This document shows positions 56,301 to 62,086 of a stretch of 64,000 bases of DNA, piece by piece (the stretch's first letter is position 1; every line of letters begins with the position of its first letter). Both the position numbers and the translations under genes were made by a program. The stretch is from an uncultured bacterium (lineage in GTDB: Bacteria; Omnitrophota; Omnitrophia; Omnitrophales; Abzuiibacteriaceae), in NCBI GenBank assembly GCA_964387845.1, contig CAYLXA010000005.1, positions 140,955 through 204,954 of the forward strand. Direction: 5' to 3'. Below the pieces are notes generated by a model. It ran no database searches, was not told where the DNA came from, and was given only the letters and a program-made list of their open reading frames with translations.

Positions 56301-57515
56301 TGGAAAATTCCGGACGAAGCGGTGCAGGATTGGAAAGCCGCCAACCGTTCGGAGCTTAGAACCGATTTGAGAATTGTGCGCTTGCTTGATGAGAGAAACG
56401 ACAAGCTGGTGCCGGCGGCGATCTTATACATGGATTTATTTTTAACTTTCAGGGAACATGGCGCCGAACTTCAGAATTTAACGAGCCATGATTTGTTTGG
56501 AATTACGCCCCATCGGCATCCCGAAGAGGGAATGGCTTATAAAATTATGTTTACGTTACCCAATCAACTTCCGAAGGCCGTCCTTGAAATCGTATCGGAT
56601 GACAAAGGAGAAAAATATAACGCGCAAGACTCCGATTATCCCGTCTTCTTTAAATTTGATTCCAACATGAACTTGATTGCGGTCTATATTACGCTAGATT
56701 CGGAAAAGCCCGAGTATCTTGAGCTCGAAATCCTGCAGCGCGCCGAAAAGGGGACCTTGAAGCCGTACTTTATTAATGAAGAAATCGGTATCCAATACCG
56801 TTCCGGCAATTTGATTCTTCTTCCTCAACCCAAAAGCTTCCGGCTTTCCGCACCGAACCTGGTTTTGCGCGCAAGTCGAACAACCGAGATAAGGTCAGAA
56901 CTGCGATTGGTGCGGCAAGCCGCAAGCTCCAAGCCGCAGGCTCAAGAGTTCGAAATGCTTGATATGCAGGATTCAAAAGCACCGGAAGTCAAGAGTGAAC
57001 TGCGGAAAATTGCGGAGCAAATGAATTTGATCGTGCCGAAGCCGACGGCCGAAATGGACGCCGCGTTTCAAAAATTTGCCGGAATTGAATCTTCGGATCA
57101 AGCCGCACAAACGCAGATTCTTGGAATCTTGCCGAATTTGGGACGTTCGGAGCTTCGCAGCGCCATTATCCAAAGCCAAAGCCGGCAGCGCAAAATCATT
57201 GTCTTTGTGGGTACAAAAAGCGAAAAGCAAATGGTCGAAGACTTTGTTTCCAGTCAAAAGATTCCGGCCGGACGGGTTGTGGTTACGCAAGTTGTTGATC
57301 CGAACATCATCTTCGGAGATCAAAAGCGGGCGGAGCTGCGTTTAGTCGGGTTCGCCGGTGATGAGCCGTATGCATTTCAGGTAACGCGGCTCTTGCGTGG
57401 TTATGATGTTAAAACGCGGATCGGCACCGAGCAAATGTTCGCGAGTATTTTCCAGATTACAGATACTCTGCGTTCCGAACTTCGTCAGCGCATGGCGGCT
57501 TTGATTGCAGCGTAA
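47349..57515 (+). CDS. giant (3388 aa) secreted/membrane modular protein with 14 recurrent RSELR-like pentapeptides; includes nucleotidyltransferase-like, crotonase-like and PD-(D/E)xK nuclease-like modules
   Basis: Uninterrupted 10167-nt frame; GTG start with N-terminal signal-peptide-like MRPYSFFLRAISALLIFTFSFTETIARA; at least 5 TM-rich blocks; LYGSYIYGSIDEPRDLDLIAVV (NTase GS...DxD); VATVIFNDLPNRNAMNGEMFEAV...IDGFAVGGGLAAAFGSHYVLATEKAKFGTPETK (crotonase fold); GEIDIVLRIG...IYLAEVKYG (D...ExK); codon usage like neighbours. Confidence 0.85.
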   Translation: MRPYSFFLRAISALLIFTFSFTETIARADAAQTSSQLAAMLEQSSNRMGLMAETISSFTRNSYLAIEKFANSVDVRSELRSRGLELSGGHKPIPQSDTKEVNNNDKSEAGHEQSEKEIQSYAKKLKESKGDLKIIREAIVNFHRLGYSEVKVAEMINQVNQNQPYAQIQYWSDEVTQSTLIKRFSQHRKLIKSLLWLLLPVVCYFLPYPGATALLLLIYHDAMHRYQAGFYFLTYFLGDFWNNRMEDIQNFLVKKYHEPDFNFEGDLWLNPVDRAHDQLFEAKRQFWKSVLESMSGVYMVSSILVFPWLFSALRMLISAPMVLVQTGVFSFLGAISIGFFGLVPLRGPHFQVTAADLGLEHAVDVERTSVTGLRWPQFSNKQNAMIEAARFYWNRNPMVLYVEKNRESKFEWNRQIRRDTASRLLARHFLTVVLFVTTALSTILLIAISIILGSGVIGAVEFVIQKFGQSFITNVLLIVGSCCFFPLVAVIIISAIVVGSEQSIAGAWQKARADIKSLKKNVFLNPNQSDEKFWKNLIKQLKRISKEEAPFSDISFPESIERLIRDLSSLKEDHSELIPLHEALATGKEGTEYQIKGQAALTSDRHSDDPSTKVRAELRTTNERLIWKAIAQFGIPEFYQEQAYLFLSGLLEINQSQWGTPFEDAISRLSQVQVEQIKSSISFEPIVMSTTSLVRRTVRFSVYMAGVIVLAYAAGAALARDINLFKLFSQIGKQKLPGPEQIDIGFAAIFLFTMFIGLPFVITRFQRWLDAKIKPYPISYDLRRTILNELFVKQGLMSTDDAEELTRRKYRSELRTEWADQIKSLLLKDFPFLELDFSENGYLFRAIRSGLRDGLSRGSFSYLNDGGVAAGWQEKHLVYFVSEDPNDALDVAEFQNGFPDNAVVIFPSKLFHDEMNAGRAAIMTTHGLSGTLTGIKWPLMTNPVTIQDSAFIIVTPETKQYLDNLLVNGQASGEEEKLRLRLLEYQKQGIYQKIVALNFEPKGMAADAIQEKFKAFLLSKSIQPAQAIDSEIYPNLAEIQSDGVNKRRSELRSREFVKFSELGSAIADYIDLFRKRNGRFSPSVLRAVADLDFGTERQFVNVASVPLRNGFVPDPQAFGRAVVEGIVRELPFEVRPIEKFSFAYKKHAFRIRMETGNQQTQNKEAHSELRARKVRNDTSETKLHPRADRFHSLRSLKRFFLGLLIIGLAASMFIWTHDHDRLSLDPSFIKVAVHSGILAIVSTYIFWWMKRYLTTGFLLREKIYKLSRSSPTYEFEFGNVRNKLLILETPDGGKHQLYLDANRNIRIMSFRESGQGLVKFLLPYALSIRPDKQLLIYKNNIALQVIGPQKIRIKLLSRSSTVPIIRESRLNKIQRIMIMHPIIIGVALGYVMMLHRFMYLFAHAFASQIIGGHVNCIQCIEEFEFVVNTWTDYLLYGIPIGYPVASVILKLIFFGYKKYMRASRAFIAPTQELPDKPVLFDETFAKNSGQQFVLSVRPFKERQVGRVIRKLKTIRESGLQVSDQTIQNLYRLVRTVQSDPFEGPDIEFELMHWLETSADLKAIAAIVTGWFQIRGDHTTKINRILEQRFKLNKKQIEKLKYLSESYSIPLEETAIDPPSSMEPIPYTDQLKDRTIYQIFGQEFMDEALERIDSIDANKLKDWVQTVFNKNFSSDSKVPIRSIFLYGSYIYGSIDEPRDLDLIAVVEGDSLEKPIPDERTIPKNVFRSMRGRSVNSANIYFLTRKQLQTSKRAIHAASVGILLKAKNLYDEPLNSIRNSDQKQLFYAASELSDAFDFIKKAGKVNKMIDSARIFNWKGFRRLMEVVLYINAIDLSLSIPISEIVTMNNRMEDYIVNKTKGRKITEGLKRLYRMVRTAVLLTRVSLVWRQMEEWGGGEHAKQAQRSELRRKIETGTDKLLAEVDRGVATVIFNDLPNRNAMNGEMFEAVPRVLFKLDNDPDVKLLVLRGAEDPKTHEHHLAGGNIEERYQIMDRGDHKELEKQILEKYEMLAAIHYFSKPKIALIDGFAVGGGLAAAFGSHYVLATEKAKFGTPETKTVGSYMDGANAAFMADRFGLDYVANELFITGRHEEASALIDQFDHQVPQLGDMYAAYYGYTGSPIPLDEAIYYGLVHSTIQDAKATEETLKELVSSQPNLSPGELLNKVNDTFPRSQLTETERQAVKKRRDLMAKYFQVEEARFSGVINFMIDRLSNETLRSKMDPDELQFVIDTLTKISKNSPFGVLATSHMIRDHAFLHGHFIPVSLSQIYEQAFARTLERMKTSELVNGKFPFVRMGMLLRSTHDSVLLRGVFIREIDTTLKVFGIDEEFRNSLARADVLEGLRSFLERRKPDWPSKQHDGDLSKLWGRIEETLKKVEGHRSELRREAIIDDALGGAFGGREGIGKLIQRWQIEKALLVFPFYLASLARSWLGNKAIAVTMSSPIVATKPIFQVNEKSLNNRVANPAVPIYWANVMLDLAMNSVFSRLAFFITVTYSSPHVNLGFLSRQHPIINIILSQYLFYLYKIFERSQQDQKKAEYEAAGQVNRSGLRVPDWLLYFGFGILAVLVVGIASLFYYTIRHPDGDSNESSSPETSGSAQDQNDHLGPPRSELRKFDESNNAPRSRIRWILNSIWNAQGGNLDREVWQPSLAHARRLIKRFRRVPGMGEIILELGKNFRNHKAFDAVLAELFAAEYLEKHVPGSKVIGLRMKARHGEIDIVLRIGPVTSQGKPKAGAVKLAPGIYLAEVKYGYGNDPQLVQWKQAKLKTQLKSYSSVASILTQAGLDVQGLILVSAESPAYVASNLRRRAYWRASNVSKGFSLKNLLIAFDPLSYPDKRQIVPPQNIDVRRWASVTSTPAAVFKKPIPESANLALSRPLRPRKKTAPDAGDPNRSARLPRNFLETVAQLKEALNDHGLKKEAIEAVLSSLASQAHGFKIEGLALKENDGLHYVRGLREEIRSGNPFWMVRLHRANREKFESTLIARWKIPDEAVQDWKAANRSELRTDLRIVRLLDERNDKLVPAAILYMDLFLTFREHGAELQNLTSHDLFGITPHRHPEEGMAYKIMFTLPNQLPKAVLEIVSDDKGEKYNAQDSDYPVFFKFDSNMNLIAVYITLDSEKPEYLELEILQRAEKGTLKPYFINEEIGIQYRSGNLILLPQPKSFRLSAPNLVLRASRTTEIRSELRLVRQAASSKPQAQEFEMLDMQDSKAPEVKSELRKIAEQMNLIVPKPTAEMDAAFQKFAGIESSDQAAQTQILGILPNLGRSELRSAIIQSQSRQRKIIVFVGTKSEKQMVEDFVSSQKIPAGRVVVTQVVDPNIIFGDQKRAELRLVGFAGDEPYAFQVTRLLRGYDVKTRIGTEQMFASIFQITDTLRSELRQRMAALIAA
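54608..54817 (-). CDS. possible small membrane protein encoded antisense inside the giant gene (speculative)
   Basis: 69 aa MKKASLEK...IGLVATMGLLIVTAIALF (one TM helix); GGAGAGGAG SD about 10 nt upstream; AT-rich promoter-like stretch 54840-54930 upstream on that strand. Confidence 0.2.
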   Translation of the reverse strand: MKKASLEKTEFMARSSMTFAQYIGTAGLATRLFSDFSFTWKIGLVATMGLLIVTAIALFPNQERAKEAK

Positions 57516-57598
57516 CCAGTTGTAAGTTGTAAGTGATAAGTGTTAAGTGATTGAAAAAATTAATGCATACCACTTACAACTTACCACTTATCACTTAA
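57516..57598. repeat. GTAAGT-class hairpin element directly after the giant gene stop
   Basis: ccagttgtaagttgtaagtgataagtgttaagtgattg-aaaaaattaatgcat-accacttacaacttaccacttatcacttaat. Confidence 0.75.
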
Positions 57599-57643
57599 TA
57601 CTTTTCCTGCTATAATTCCCACTTCTTATTTCAAGGAGAAAGC

Positions 57644-58519
57644 ATGATTAAAAGCATGACGGGTTTCGGCAGGGCGCTAGTAAACAAAGGTTCATTTCGG
57701 GTTTCGGCTGAGATCCGCTCGGTCAATCATCGTTTCTTCGATTATTCCGCTTATATTCCGTCCGCTTTCTCTCATCTTGATTCCGATATCCGCAATTTCG
57801 CGCAGGAAAACCTGAAGCGGGGAAAAGTGACGCTCAATTTGTCGATTTCAAACGGCACAGCACCCAGCGAAAAGCTGGTGCTCAATGAAGAAAAGCTGAA
57901 ATTCTATGTTCAAACACTCCGCAAGGTGAGTAAACGCTACAAATTAGCCGAAAGCCTGTCGGCAGATTCTTTACTGTCGCTTCCCGGTATTTTAACCGTC
58001 GAGAAAAAAGAAATCGGAAACCAATTTGACACGCAAGTGAAATCGGTTGTCACAAAAGCCGTGCAAGCGCTCCTCAAAATGCGCCAAAAGGAAGGCATGG
58101 CGCTCGCCAAAGATTTAATCAAACGCGCGAAGTCACTTGAAGCGGCCGTTCTTAAAATTGAAAACACGGTGAAAAAAACACCCGTGGAATACCGCGCGCA
58201 GCTCCAAAAACGTCTTGAAGCGATGAGTGATGATATCAAGATTGATCCGGACCGGCTCGCCCGGGAAGTGGCGTTTTATGTGGATCGTTTGGACATTACG
58301 GAAGAAATTGTCCGCGAACGCCACCACATCGATTTTTTCATCAAGACGGTGCAGGGCAATAAAGAAGCCGGCAAAGAGCTGGATTTTATTATGCAGGAAA
58401 TGCAGCGCGAAATTAATACGATCGGTTCCAAGTCGCAGAACACCTTGATTTCCGAGCAGGTGGTTTACATGAAAAGCGAACTCGAGAAAATGCGCGAGCA
58501 GGTTCAGAATATCGCATGA
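57644..58519 (+). CDS. yicC: YicC/YloC-family protein
   Basis: MIKSMTGFGRA...SVNHRFFD N-terminal YicC domain and C-terminal DUF1732. Confidence 0.85.
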   Translation: MIKSMTGFGRALVNKGSFRVSAEIRSVNHRFFDYSAYIPSAFSHLDSDIRNFAQENLKRGKVTLNLSISNGTAPSEKLVLNEEKLKFYVQTLRKVSKRYKLAESLSADSLLSLPGILTVEKKEIGNQFDTQVKSVVTKAVQALLKMRQKEGMALAKDLIKRAKSLEAAVLKIENTVKKTPVEYRAQLQKRLEAMSDDIKIDPDRLAREVAFYVDRLDITEEIVRERHHIDFFIKTVQGNKEAGKELDFIMQEMQREINTIGSKSQNTLISEQVVYMKSELEKMREQVQNIA

Positions 58520-59082
58520 AGAAGAAACTCGGCCGGCTGATTATCCTCTCATCGCCTTCGGGCGGCGGCAAAACCACCGCAGTCGGCAAGCTGCTAAAGC
58601 AGCATGCCAGACTCAGGCGTTCGATTTCGTGGACGACGCGCGATCCGCGCGCGGGCGAGCGAAACGGTGTCGATTATGTATTCATCAAGCGTGCGGATTT
58701 TTTAAAAAAGCGTGCAGCCGGGTTTTTCCTCGAATGGGCAAATGTGCATGGACAATTGTACGGAACGCCCTTATCATCGTGCATGGGTTTGATGGCCGCC
58801 GGGCGCGACGTGATCTTGGCGATCGACGTTCAGGGCATGCGCAAGATCAAACGCAAGGTCGGTAAGAAGCTGCCGCTTGTGACGATTTTCATGATGCCGC
58901 CTTCAATGAATGTTTTAAGAAGCCGCCTCAAAAAGCGTGAAACCGATACAATCAAGCAAATCGAAGAGCGCTTGAGAGCCGCCAAAAAAGAAATGCAGCA
59001 AAGTAAATTATACGATCATGTGGTCGTTAATCGTCAGATCGATAAAACAGTCCGCCAAATTAACAAAATTTTATACGCATAA
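58516..59082 (+). CDS. gmk: guanylate kinase
   Basis: LIILSSPSGGGKTT P-loop, RDPRAGERNGVDYVF. Confidence 0.9.
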   Translation: MKKKLGRLIILSSPSGGGKTTAVGKLLKQHARLRRSISWTTRDPRAGERNGVDYVFIKRADFLKKRAAGFFLEWANVHGQLYGTPLSSCMGLMAAGRDVILAIDVQGMRKIKRKVGKKLPLVTIFMMPPSMNVLRSRLKKRETDTIKQIEERLRAAKKEMQQSKLYDHVVVNRQIDKTVRQINKILYA

Positions 59083-59099
59083 TTTTACGGAGGAAAATC

Positions 59100-59297
59100 A
59101 TGGAGCATGTTTCACTCGAAGGCATTATGAAGAAAACCAACTGCCGTTACGGGCTTGTTTTGGCTGCTGCGGCGCGTGCCAACGAACTGCTGACGGGCGA
59201 CCAGCCGCTGATCGATGCCGGCATTAAAAAGGCGACCAGTGTTGCGATTGAAGAAATCGCGCAAGGCAAGGTCGAGTTCAAGCTAGGCCCGGCGTAA
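59100..59297 (+). CDS. rpoZ: RNA polymerase omega subunit
   Basis: NCRYGLVLAAAARANELL: conserved omega helix; 65 aa. Confidence 0.8.
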   Translation: MEHVSLEGIMKKTNCRYGLVLAAAARANELLTGDQPLIDAGIKKATSVAIEEIAQGKVEFKLGPA

Positions 59298-59303
59298 TAT
59301 TCT

Positions 59304-59873
59304 ATGAAAAAGAGCGGCCAATCCCTGAAAGGGAAAACCATTTTGCTGGGCTTGAGCGGAAGCATCGCGCTTTACCGTTCCTGTGATCTGGTTCGCGAGC
59401 TCAAGTCACAGGGCGCCGATGTGATCTGTATCATGACAAAATCGGCTCAGCAATTTGTGACGCCTCTTACTTTCCAGGCTTTAAGCGGCCGCAAAGTTTA
59501 CACCGACCCTTTTTCCGGTGAAGAAGATTACGCGGTTCTGCACACAACACTCGCCGACAAAGCCGATTTGATTTTGATTTGTCCGGCCTCTGCGAACATT
59601 ATCGCGCGCCTCGCGGCCGGCATGGCGGATGACATGGTGACTTCGGTCGTGCTGGCGAGCAAGGCAAAAATTCTTGTGGCGCCTGCCATGAACGACAACA
59701 TGTTCGCCAACAAAATCACGCAGGATAATATCCAAAAATTGAAGAAAATCGGTTATCAATTTGTCGAACCCACCGAAGGCGACCTGGTCTGCGGCCGCGT
59801 TGGTATGGGCCATATCGCGGAACAGGGTACGATCCTCGAATACGTTCAAAAAGTAGTAAGTGGTAAGTTTTAA
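59304..59873 (+). CDS. coaC: phosphopantothenoylcysteine decarboxylase (flavoprotein; CoaC half of CoaBC)
   Basis: KGKTILLGLSGSIALYRSCDLVRELKSQGADV...PAMNDNM; the last 6 codons (VVSGKF) and the stop lie inside the GTAAGT-type hairpin element. Confidence 0.85.
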   Translation: MKKSGQSLKGKTILLGLSGSIALYRSCDLVRELKSQGADVICIMTKSAQQFVTPLTFQALSGRKVYTDPFSGEEDYAVLHTTLADKADLILICPASANIIARLAAGMADDMVTSVVLASKAKILVAPAMNDNMFANKITQDNIQKLKKIGYQFVEPTEGDLVCGRVGMGHIAEQGTILEYVQKVVSGKF

Positions 59874-59973
59874 GTGGTAAGTCAAAAATAATGAATAATG
59901 CAAATTCCTTCCTTTTCTTAATTCTTTTGCTTATCACTTACCACTTACCACTTACCACTTATCACTTACAACT
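59853..59973. repeat. GTAAGT-class hairpin element separating coaC and coaB
   Basis: gtagtaagtggtaagttttaagtggtaagtc-(58-nt AT-rich loop)-cttatcacttaccacttaccacttaccacttatcacttacaactg; contains the coaC stop. Confidence 0.75.
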
Positions 59974-59979
59974 GTACTC

Positions 59980-60621
59980 ATGAAACCCCACCTTCTCGTC
60001 ACGGCCGGCCCGACGCGCGAAATGCTGGATCCCGTTCGCTTTTTGTCGAACGTATCAACCGGCGTGATGGGCTATGAAATTGCAAAAGCCGCAAAAAGAA
60101 AAGGTTTCCGCGTGACATTGATCAGCGGGCCCGTCAGTTTAAAAGCACCACATGGTGTCCGGCTCGTTTCCGTGATTTCTGCTCAGGATATGGAAAGGGA
60201 AGTGAAAAAATATTTCCGATCTGCGCAAGCGCTCATCATGACTGCCGCCGTTTGCGATTATACGCCGGCAAAACACCAGAAGCACAAAATCAAGCGGATT
60301 CATACACATCGGATGGTGTTCAAGCAGACGAAAGACATTCTGCAAGCCGTTTCTAAAATGAAAAGGAGGCAGTATGTTGTCGGCTTCTGCCTCGAAACCG
60401 AGGATTTGCGTAAGAACGCAATCCGCAAACTCCGGTCTAAAAAACTGGATTTGATTGTTGCGAATTCCTATACACGGTCGCAGAACCCGTTTGGCAGAAA
60501 TAAAACCTCTGTTCTTTTAATTGATAAAGATTTAAGCGAGAAGAGAGTTTCCAATATCAGCAAACCGCGCTTTGCGGCGAGGCTCGTTGCTTGTGTCCGG
60601 AATCAGCTTAAAAAGAGTTGA
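59980..60621 (+). CDS. coaB: phosphopantothenate-cysteine ligase (CoaB half of CoaBC)
   Basis: LLVTAGPTREMLDPVRFLSNVSTGVMGYEIAKAAKRKG...: ATP-grasp-like CoaB; start is 7 nt after the end of the hairpin element. Confidence 0.85.
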   Translation: MKPHLLVTAGPTREMLDPVRFLSNVSTGVMGYEIAKAAKRKGFRVTLISGPVSLKAPHGVRLVSVISAQDMEREVKKYFRSAQALIMTAAVCDYTPAKHQKHKIKRIHTHRMVFKQTKDILQAVSKMKRRQYVVGFCLETEDLRKNAIRKLRSKKLDLIVANSYTRSQNPFGRNKTSVLLIDKDLSEKRVSNISKPRFAARLVACVRNQLKKS

Positions 60622-60708
60622 ATTTTTGCCGAAAAAAGCTATCATAGTCCGTCTGTTTTAATCCTTTAACGAAGATTTTCGTCATAAGCACTTAAGGAGG
60701 ATTCCCTC

Positions 60709-61170
60709 ATGAAAAATTTATCAGCAGTAGCATTGGTTGTGATGATTGCGTTGACAGGATGCGCATCCGCCAGTAATCCGGGCGGGTTGTCCGAGCGCGA
60801 AGCCGGCCTCTTGGCAGGCGGCGGATTGGGCGCCGGGCTTGGTGCGATTATCGGTCATCAAACAGGCCATGCAGGTGCCGGAACCGCAATCGGTGCAGGC
60901 GCGGGCGCTTTGGCCGGTGCATTGATCGGCGAAGGCCAGCGCAGGCAGAAAGAAAATATTAAACAAGAAATGCGCCAGGAAATGATGGCACAGCAGTATC
61001 AGCAGGGCTACGCGCCGCAGTACGGCACGGTTCCTCAGCCGCAGGTGCAGCGTCAACCGCAGCAGCAGCAAGAAATGCATACGAAGTATAATCCGCGGAC
61101 GGGCGAAACCTTTCCGGAGAGTTATACGTATGATCCCGCAACCGGTGAACAATTGAAGTATCTCCGGTAA
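60709..61170 (+). CDS. glycine-zipper lipoprotein (17-kDa surface antigen/YMGG-like) with Q/P-rich tail
   Basis: Lipobox LTGCAS; GLLAGGGLGAGLGAIIGHQTGHAGAGTAIGAGAGALAGALIG glycine zipper. Confidence 0.6.
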   Translation: MKNLSAVALVVMIALTGCASASNPGGLSEREAGLLAGGGLGAGLGAIIGHQTGHAGAGTAIGAGAGALAGALIGEGQRRQKENIKQEMRQEMMAQQYQQGYAPQYGTVPQPQVQRQPQQQQEMHTKYNPRTGETFPESYTYDPATGEQLKYLR

Positions 61171-61216
61171 TGCGTTTTCTTTTGTTTTGTTGTTGACTCT
61201 AAAAAGTTGTGAAAAA

Positions 61217-61243
61217 AGGATGGGCTTTCGCCCGTCCTTTTTT
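61217..61243. terminator. intrinsic terminator
   Basis: aggatgggc-tttc-gcccgtcct then TTTTTT. Confidence 0.7.
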
Positions 61244-61326
61244 CTTTTTGTACGTTGTGCACGGCCCTCTAACGAGGGCTGTGCCAAGCTTCAATTAATA
61301 AATGTTTGGAGCCTTTGAGGTTGCTT

Positions 61327-61398
61327 GGCACGGTAGCAAAGTGGTAATGCACGGGTCTGCAAAACCTGTATACGGCGGTTCGATTCCGCCCCGTGCCT
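61327..61398 (+). tRNA. tRNA-Cys (GCA)
   Basis: Acceptor GGCACGG paired with CCGTGCC, anticodon loop CTGCAAA, T arm GGCGGTTCGATTCCGCC, U73 discriminator, CCA encoded (to 61401). Confidence 0.85.
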
Positions 61399-61404
61399 CC
61401 ATGA

Positions 61405-61457
61405 ACTTTCAATAAACACTAGGTCGATTATGGTTCTAGTGTTTATTGAAAGCTAAC
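61405..61457. repeat. 17-bp perfect inverted repeat immediately 3' of tRNA-Cys
   Basis: CTTTCAATAAACACTAG-gtcgattatggtt-CTAGTGTTTATTGAAAG; followed by two further short hairpins (ccttctccctc-aaaa-gagggagaagg; ccctctccc-aa-ggggagaggg). Confidence 0.5.
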
Positions 61458-61570
61458 CCAAGAGTTTATCCCTTCTCCCTCAAAAGAGGGAGAAGGTAAG
61501 GATGAGGGTGATCGATCTGAAAATCCCTCACCCCAGCCCTCTCCCAAGGGGAGAGGGGCGTAATAAAAAT

Positions 61571-62032
61571 ATGCCCAAACTTCTTTCCGCCGTCTTAATC
61601 ACATTCTTCGCCCTCTCATCCGTTTCTGCCGTTCCTTTTCCTGTATCCAAAAATCCCAAAACCTGCTGCGGCCGTTCGATTTGTATGTGCACGCATGTCA
61701 AAGGTGAGCAGTGCCCTTTTAAACACGGCGAAGAAAAAGCGGCGAAGCAAGATAAGCCCTCTTGTCATTTAAATTCCAAAATGAAAACCGATCATCATGC
61801 AAATCAGACGGTAAAAATACCGGAATCAACCAGCCGTTTCCGCGCAGCGCCGTGCCACTCGAGCAACCCTGAATCCACCGCGCCGAATGCGGCAAAGGAT
61901 TTTTTTGCGGATGCCCGCACGCCTCTTTTTGAAATTTTAACTAGCGAACCTTTCAAACCATCTTCGAATTTATTTCCTTCCTCCATCTTTTCAGAAAAGA
62001 TCAAGCATCCCCCGCGCACGCTTCTCTTCTAA
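61571..62032 (+). CDS. small secreted Cys/His-rich protein (hypothetical, possible metal-binding)
   Basis: Signal MPKLLSAVLITFFALSSVSA; KTCCGRSICMCTHVKGEQCPFKHGEEK...CHLNSKMKTDHH...CHSS; immediately upstream of a TonB-dependent receptor; the track start 61502 lies within upstream hairpins. Confidence 0.45.
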   Translation: MPKLLSAVLITFFALSSVSAVPFPVSKNPKTCCGRSICMCTHVKGEQCPFKHGEEKAAKQDKPSCHLNSKMKTDHHANQTVKIPESTSRFRAAPCHSSNPESTAPNAAKDFFADARTPLFEILTSEPFKPSSNLFPSSIFSEKIKHPPRTLLF

Positions 62033-62086
62033 TTAATTTTGTCACTTTCCGAAAGGGAAGGTCATTTTCATTAAAGGAGAAGAGAA

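Noticed and set aside
47574-57485. RSELR copies as a nucleotide-level dispersed repeat (e.g. recombination or DGR-like target)
   Set aside because: The 14 copies use different synonymous codons for R, S and L (cgt/cgc/agg/aga; tcc/tcg/tca/tct; ctg/ttg/ctc/ctt/tta) and flanking DNA is unrelated, so conservation is at the protein level
47349-57515. Giant ORF as an artefact of several genes fused by frameshift or assembly errors
   Set aside because: A single frame stays open for 10167 nt across TM, enzyme and linker regions with uniform codon usage; multiple independent errors all restoring one frame is implausible; the internal AT-rich segment around 54840-54930 was flagged separately
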